From: Malacoraja senta
Taxonomy: Eukaryota
Direction: 5' to 3'
NCBI GenBank assembly: GCA_038087875.1
Contig: CM075989.1
Span: forward strand, 4,030,001-4,094,000
DNA: 64,000 bases
Numbering within the stretch: position 1 is the first letter of the stretch; each line of letters opens with the position of its first letter. Of this stretch, positions 1 through 64,000 are shown one piece after another. The notes below the pieces were generated by a model that saw only the letters and a program-made list of their open reading frames with translations, did not search any database and was not told where the DNA came from. A program made the translations under genes and the position numbers.

Positions 1-500
1 CATCTCATCGTAAATGGTGGTGAACAATTCAATGGCTTGTGAAAGGAAGAGGCAACCAGTATGTACCTTTCATTAATAATGGCAGGACCCAGCATGTGAG
101 TGCTGGAGACAAGACTTGCAGATTTGCGACCATGTTCTGCCAAAAGTGGAGAATAGCTGATCCATCTTGGCTTTCTCCTCTGGAGCCCCATTCTTCATGC
201 TGCTCTATTCACTCCACATTATAATCAAGAAGTGGTTGCAAATACAATCTACAGCTAAAGCAAAGAGACTAGACAACATCCCAGCTGTGGAACTGAAGAC
301 CTACACTCCAGAACAAATTATTCATCATACAAGCTATTCCAGTATAGCTACACTACTTGCCTCTACAAATGAGAAATTTTCTCCAAAGGCAAGATAAATC
401 CAACCCATATAATTGCAGCCGAATCGATCAACTCCAGTAATGGCAGATATCATCGACAGTGCGATCAAGTGGCGCTTACTCGCATTTGCATTTTGCCAGG
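1..500 (+). mobile_element. Old, decayed CR1/L2-group LINE fragment (apparently continues at about 2450-2880)
   Basis: KAKRLDNIPAVELKTYTPE resembles the pre-RT motif KA.GPDNIP...LK..APE; many indels. Confidence 0.55.
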
Positions 501-521
501 ATTCCTTGGCTCCAAACTAGA

Positions 522-1372
522 TATGTGATAGGAGAAGAATTAGGCCATTTGGCCCATCAAATCTACTCTTCTCCAGCATTTTTGTCTACCTTCGATTTCC
601 CAGCATCTGCAGTTCCTTCTTAAACCTATCGATCATTTCAATCATGGCTGATCTATCTCCCTCCTAACCCCATTCTCCTGCCTTCTCCCCATAACCTCTG
701 ACACCCGTACTAATCAAGAATCTATCTATTAAATATATCCACTGACTGCCTCCACAGCCTTCTGTGGCAATGAATTCCACAGATTCACCACCTTCTGACT
801 AAAGAAATTCCTCCTCATCTCCTTCCTGAGAGAACGTCTTTTAATTCTGAGGCTATGACCTCTAATCCTAGACTCTCCCACTAGTGGAAACATCCTCTCC
901 ACCTCCACTCTATCCAAGCCTTTCACTAATCTGCACGTTTCAATGAGGTTTCCCCTCATTCTTCTGAGCCCCGGCGAGTATAGGCCCAGTGCTGCCAAAC
1001 GCTCATTATATGTTAGCCTACTCATTCCTGGGATTATTCTTGTAAACCTCCTCTGGACCCTCTCCAGAGCCAGCACATCCTTCCTCAGATATGGGGCCCA
1101 AAATTGCTCACAATATTCCAAATGCGGCCTGACCAGCACCTTATTGAGCCTCAGCATTCCATCCTTATTTTTGTATATAAGCCCTCTCGAAATACATGCT
1201 AGCATTGCATTTGCTTACTTTACTACCGATTCGACTTGCAGACTTTGGAAATCCTGCACCAGCACTCCCATCTCCCTTTGCACCTCCGATTTCTGGATTC
1301 TCTCCCCATTTAGAAAACAATCTACGCTTTTATTCCTACTACCAAAATGCATGACCACACTTTGCGACACTA
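522..1372 (-). mobile_element. CR1 LINE 3' fragment
   Basis: ORF 729..1205 LVRPHLEYC.QFWAP...ALERVQRRFTR...RGHSL...VVNLWNSLP. Interrupted at about 570-625 by a Penelope-type piece. Confidence 0.9.
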
Positions 1373-1386
1373 TATTCGAAGTAAAT

Positions 1387-2322
1387 TGTTGTGTATTTGG
1401 GTGCTTGGAACAGACTTAAAATAACACTCGGACACGTCGGGGGCAAGGTAAGCGCTGTGTCCCGCTTCTCTCTCGGCCGGCTTTTTCTCGCGTCGGGACT
1501 GTGCCTCCCTGTCGGGGGCTGGCTAAGCCCTGTGTCCCGCTTCTCTCACGGGGCCGGGTCCGCTTCTCTCTCTCAGTCGGCTCTCACTCGGCCGGGTTCG
1601 CTTCTCTCTCGCTGTCGGCTTTCCCACTCGGCCTGTGTGCTGTGTGCTTGAGTGCTGTGTCGTGCTTCTCTCGCGCGGACCCACTCTTCGCTCGGGGCCG
1701 GACTTCCTCTCATGTCCGGCTTTCTCCGCTTTCTCCCCTCACCGGGCTGACTGCTCCCAGCCGGGCTGAAGACTCGGCTTTTGTCGGTGGCTTCTCCGGA
1801 CCTGTCCGTGGCCTACACGGTACTAGGCCATCAGCCGACGTCTGTGGCTGCTGCTTTGCCTGGCTGTGGGCTGCACAGCCCTGGATAACGTTCCAGGTAA
1901 GTTGACACCGTCGCTCCTAGATTCCAGCTGCGCTCGGTGACCCTTACTGCCCCGCTTGTCTTCTTTGCGTTCTTGTTTCCCGTTCCGACCTTTTTTTTCT
2001 TTGGCGCCAATTCAAAACCATTTGGCGCCAAATCTTTTTGCTTTGTGCTGTTCCACTTTGTTTCCAAATACAACCTCTATTTTAACTTGTTTTCGTTTTT
2101 CTTGGTTGTCCTTGTTCTTTTCTTTTCTGTTCTTTTATCCTCGTCACCAATTGTTGTGTATTTGGGTGCTTGGAACAGACTTAAAATAACACTCTGACAC
2201 GGGAGTACACTAACAAGCTTCTTTATTCCAGGACGTCACCTAGAGTCTCCCGCGCGCATGCGTACTTGCACAAGACATCACATATGCTAATCATATCACA
2301 TACCTAACATAAATGTTCCACA
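1387..2322 (-). mobile_element. Internally deleted, non-coding Ty3/Gypsy-type LTR element
   Basis: 171-bp TG...CA LTR at 2152-2322 with minus-strand AATAAA. PBS-like TGGTGACGAGG lies just inside it on the minus strand (about 2139-2149). A 50-bp partial LTR copy sits at 1387-1436 (49/50 identical). Confidence 0.75.
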
Positions 2323-2894
2323 AAAATATTCCATCTAAATGATCTAAATCAGCTAAATTCAAAGAGCTGAATTCCAGAGGTGATCTGAGAGCAAGAAGTT
2401 TTGACATCAAAGGTAAAACACTCCAATGATTGAAACGATAGATTTATAAAGAAAGATGGTTGTAGTGGTCAATCACTGTAACACCAGAACGTCTCAGTTG
2501 GTGTTCCTCATTACTGATTGCACAATTTTCAGTTCTATTGACGGCAACTCAGCACAACTGAAGCGGTCCATGCAGCAAGCCCATGATAACATTCAAGACT
2601 GATACATGGCAAGTAACTTTCACAGTACAAAGGTGTCAGGTATTGACCATCTCCAAAAGATAGAGTCTATCCACTTCTACTCTTAACATTGGTATTTTTA
2701 CCAAGAAGTCTCCCAACCTCCAACCTCTGTGTATCACTATTTAGTATCATTCGAACTAGGCCACTTACATAAATGGCGTTGCTTCAAGAGCAGGTCAGAG
2801 GCTATGTATTTGTGGCAAGTGACTCCTCTCCTAAAACCTCCCAAGTATCTCTACCTTCTACAAGGCACAAATGATGGATGTCCACCGGCCTGGA

Positions 2895-3185
2895 TTAGTT
2901 TAGTTTAGAGATACAGCGTGAAAACAGGCCCTTCGGCCTTCCATGTCCGCACCGACTAACAATCACCCATACACGTTCTATCCCACACACGGGGCAATTT
3001 ACAGAAGCCAATTAACCTACAAACCCGCACGTCTTGGGAATGTAGGAGGAAACCGGAGGACCTGGAGAAAATCCACGCAGTCACAGGGAGAACGTGCAAA
3101 ATTCCGTTCAGACAGCACCTGTAGTCTGATCGAATCCAGGACTTTGGTGCTCAAAGGCAATAACTTTACCGCTGAACCACTGTGC
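2895..3185 (-). mobile_element. tRNA-derived SINE (V-SINE/HE1-like)
   Basis: (CTAAA)n tail, central TTCTCCCTGTGACTGCGTGG domain, degenerate Pol III boxes. Confidence 0.8.
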
Positions 3186-4147
3186 TGTCCAAATGATGAG
3201 TGGAGCTGCAAGAAATCTCAAGCAGCTCAAGACCACCCTTGGACAAGATCCCACATGGAAGGTTAGGGCCCATGGAATCCATGGCAAGTTAGTAAATTAG
3301 ATCTAAAACTGACGGTAATCGTGGGGTTTTAGTGATTTTGTGACTAATGGTGTTCCATGGAGTAGGTGCTGGGGCCCTTGCTGTTTGTAATGTACATAAA
3401 TGTCTTGGATGTGCATGTCAGAGGCATAGTTAGTAATTTTACAGATGACATGAAGAATGGTGGAGTTGTTAATTGTGTGGAGGATAGTCTTGCGTTTGTG
3501 TGCTATACGGCTGCATTGGCGAAATGGACTTGTAGTTGTTGATATATACATGGGTTTAAATGTTAGCATAACTGCTCACGAGAACGCTCCCGGGGCGTTG
3601 TGGGCCTAACTCTATGAAACGCCAGTGAAGGGAGGTGCCCACGATAACCCCAATGATATACTGACATCTACACGCCTAGTTTTTGTTGTCCCATAGTTTA
3701 TCTGTGTAAAGGCATTTTAGATTCTCACGTGGCATGGAGATTGTGTTTCTTGGTTAAACATTTAGCTTATGTATTTGTTAACTTGTGGATGGCTTATTCA
3801 TGAATATGAAGTTAGTTATTGTCCTATGGCAGAAGTGTGTATGGGTAGTATAGATACTACTTTGGCATTGGGCTTGGTTTTCTTAGCTGAGCGCTTATCC
3901 TGGTAATATAGCACGTACTGTGTGTTTTAATAGTAAAACTAATCCTTTGAAAGGGAACCCCATAGGATTGTCTGTATGGTCCTTTGCCAGTGTTGGATTT
4001 ACTTGGGAGAGTTGCTAAATATGCTGTGTGGCTTAACTATTCCCATCATTTCTTCCTCTCGTTAAATCTGTTGAAAGAGATGCTTTTTGATAATTTGTTT
4101 AACTGTTTCTTCGTTGAATATAAGTCTTTCCTTTATTTTTGTAATAG

Positions 4148-61984
<57,837 letters not shown>

Positions 61985-62808
61985 ATTCGAGCAATGGTGA
62001 ATAATTAGTCCAGTAAGTGAGGGCATAAGAGTTCAGCTTGCACCCACCACAGGATGTAAGCCATTCACAATCGGTCTGTGCCAAGCTTGAATCATTTTTC
62101 ATTCTGAATTCCAGACGTTGGGCCAAATGAGCGATCTCGGAGCTTCCATTTTTACCGTTTATGTTGCAGGAAAACCACACACCATTGTGGGTGAACTGTG
62201 CTGTTACTTTCCCGAAGTTGTCTTTTGTAGTCCAAAGATCTCTTGTTCTGTACTTATTTTCTTTTGTTAAGGGAACCATTTGTTTTTTCAATGATTTGGT
62301 AAATATCTAATGCCTCTCCTGCGGGAGAAAAACCCCATAAATTATACAAAGTATGTAAAATGTGGAAAATGAAGTTATTTAATCTTGACTTGTTCTTTTC
62401 CAAATTACTGAGTAGCCTTTAAATGAACGTGTCTAGATGTGGATAAAGTAGATTTGTGCTCATCAATTGTCATTCATTTGACAGCACACTGAATGGTTTT
62501 GTGAAGCAATCTAATAATTTTTTTAAAGTATAAGTTTGCTACTCAAGCCCAAGGAAAACAAAGATATTTCCTGTGCTAACGGCACCGCTATATTCTGTGG
62601 ACATAGTTCCACACAAGTTTGGGTTTCGTTTATTGTCATGTGTACTGAGGTACAATGAAAAGCTTTGGTTACGTGCTAACCAGTCAGAGGAAATAAATAT
62701 ACATGATTACAATCAATCCATCCATTGTGTACAGATATACGATAAAGGAAATAACGTGAATAACATTTAGTGCAAGATAAAACCAGTAAAGTCTGATCAA
62801 AGATAGTC

Positions 62809-62935
62809 ATTTAAGAAGGAACTGCAGATGCTGGAAAATCAAAGATAAACAAAAGTGCTGGAGAAACTCAGCGGGTGCAGCAGCATCTATGGAGCGAAGG
62901 AAATAGGTAACGTTTCGGGCCGAAACCCTTCTTCA
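62809..62935 (-). mobile_element. Penelope-derived short element downstream of the FANCI stop
   Basis: 14-bp TSD GATCAAAGATAGTC at 62795-62808 and 62936-62949; the element ends at the hammerhead core. Confidence 0.78.
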
Positions 62936-62938
62936 GAT
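62904..62938 (-). ncRNA. Minimal hammerhead ribozyme motif (Penelope-type)
   Basis: Reverse complement CTGAAGA-A-GGGTT(TC)GGCCC-GAAACGTT-ACC. Confidence 0.6.
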
Positions 62939-64000
62939 CAAAGATAGTCTACGGGTCTCCAATGAGGTAGAAAGTAGTTCGGGACTGCTCTAGTTGTTGG
63001 TATTAGCAACCCATTTCCCTCAACCGGCTGTCTTGCTTCCAACATGGACTGGCTTTGTATATGGAAGGATGGGATTCATTCTGACATACGCACCCCTATT
63101 AGGCGAAGAGCCTTTGGACACACAGGCATTGATAACCCTGACTGCTGCTTCTATTGTTGGCAGCGAGAGGTGAAATACAGCAACACTTAACACAGTGAAT
63201 ACTCGAGACCTTCAACTGATGAAGTGAGTGGGCAAAGGACAAGGGGCATCCTTGCTGAGTTATTCTGTGCAATTTCTGTGCAAAATAAAATCACCCAACA
63301 GTAATCAGCAACAATCTTGTTTGATAATGCGTTCTCTATCTCAGATTCCCTCTGCAGCACTCCAGTTTTAAATGCTTTAAGATGTAATCACCCATTACAA
63401 AAAACTATCCATCCTGGGGAACCAGGGGGGGGGGGGGGTTACGATTGGACTTGGATATAGTCTGTACCAATCTACTGCTCGAGAGGTTGACAAAAATCCT
63501 GACAAAATCTGAGCTTGCTGGGTGGCATTGCTAAATGGGCCATTTGCCAGGACTCCGAACTTTATACGATTCTTTTTTTTTTTTTGCACAGATGGTGCCA
63601 AAAAACACAGATGTATATTTTGCAAGGTTCAAATGATAATGACTAAAGTGCTGCCACTTAATCTTTTAAAGCAAAGAGTAAAAGCTGCTAATTAATTAAC
63701 ATCTGGTACTGCACAGCTCTCACAAGCCCCTCTGTCAATTATGTTGTACATTGTAGACCAGAGGAACTGCAGGCCTCGCACCAGCGAGCCCATTTGTTTG
63801 TTTAGTCTGTGGATGTGCATCATATTCAACCAAGAGTTGAAGGGATGAAAGTATTCAATTTAAATACTCAAATTAGCTAAATATATTTAGAGTAAAATGT
63901 TGCTGAGTTAGTTCAACCATAGAAATATATATATATTTTTTTAAGACTTCAGTCTATAGGTCATTTCCATGTTCTTAATTGTTTTATTCCTCCCATTTGT

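Noticed and set aside
3576..3930. Possible intronic snoRNA or structured RNA
   Set aside because: Some hairpin potential, but I could not find convincing C/D or H/ACA boxes with terminal stems. An Rfam scan would be needed.
62000..64000. POLG terminal exon on the minus strand, expected from human synteny
   Set aside because: No POLG-like peptide was recognised in this interval.

Overview
Eukaryotic, repeat-rich genomic DNA, most likely from a cartilaginous fish (skate/ray, inferred from the CR1/HER1-type LINEs and V-SINE/HE1-type SINEs). The window holds the 3' part of FANCI on the + strand: 20 GT-AG exons from 4148 to the stop at 61984, 2208 nt in one continuous frame (735 aa plus stop). 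The introns contain CR1, L1/Tx1, RTE, L2 and Rex1-like LINE fragments, tRNA-derived SINEs, a deleted Gypsy-type LTR element, Harbinger/Tigger/hAT-like DNA elements and a 37-bp minisatellite. Two observations stand out. (1) A 1.2-kb element bounded by 23-bp terminal inverted repeats carries a decayed ZFP36/tristetraprolin-family gene fragment, i.e. a candidate Pack-TIR. (2) An abundant family of short, often palindromic Penelope-type elements carries a minimal hammerhead-ribozyme motif, and several copies have 13-15 bp target-site duplications. Family names come from motif recognition only; no database search was run.
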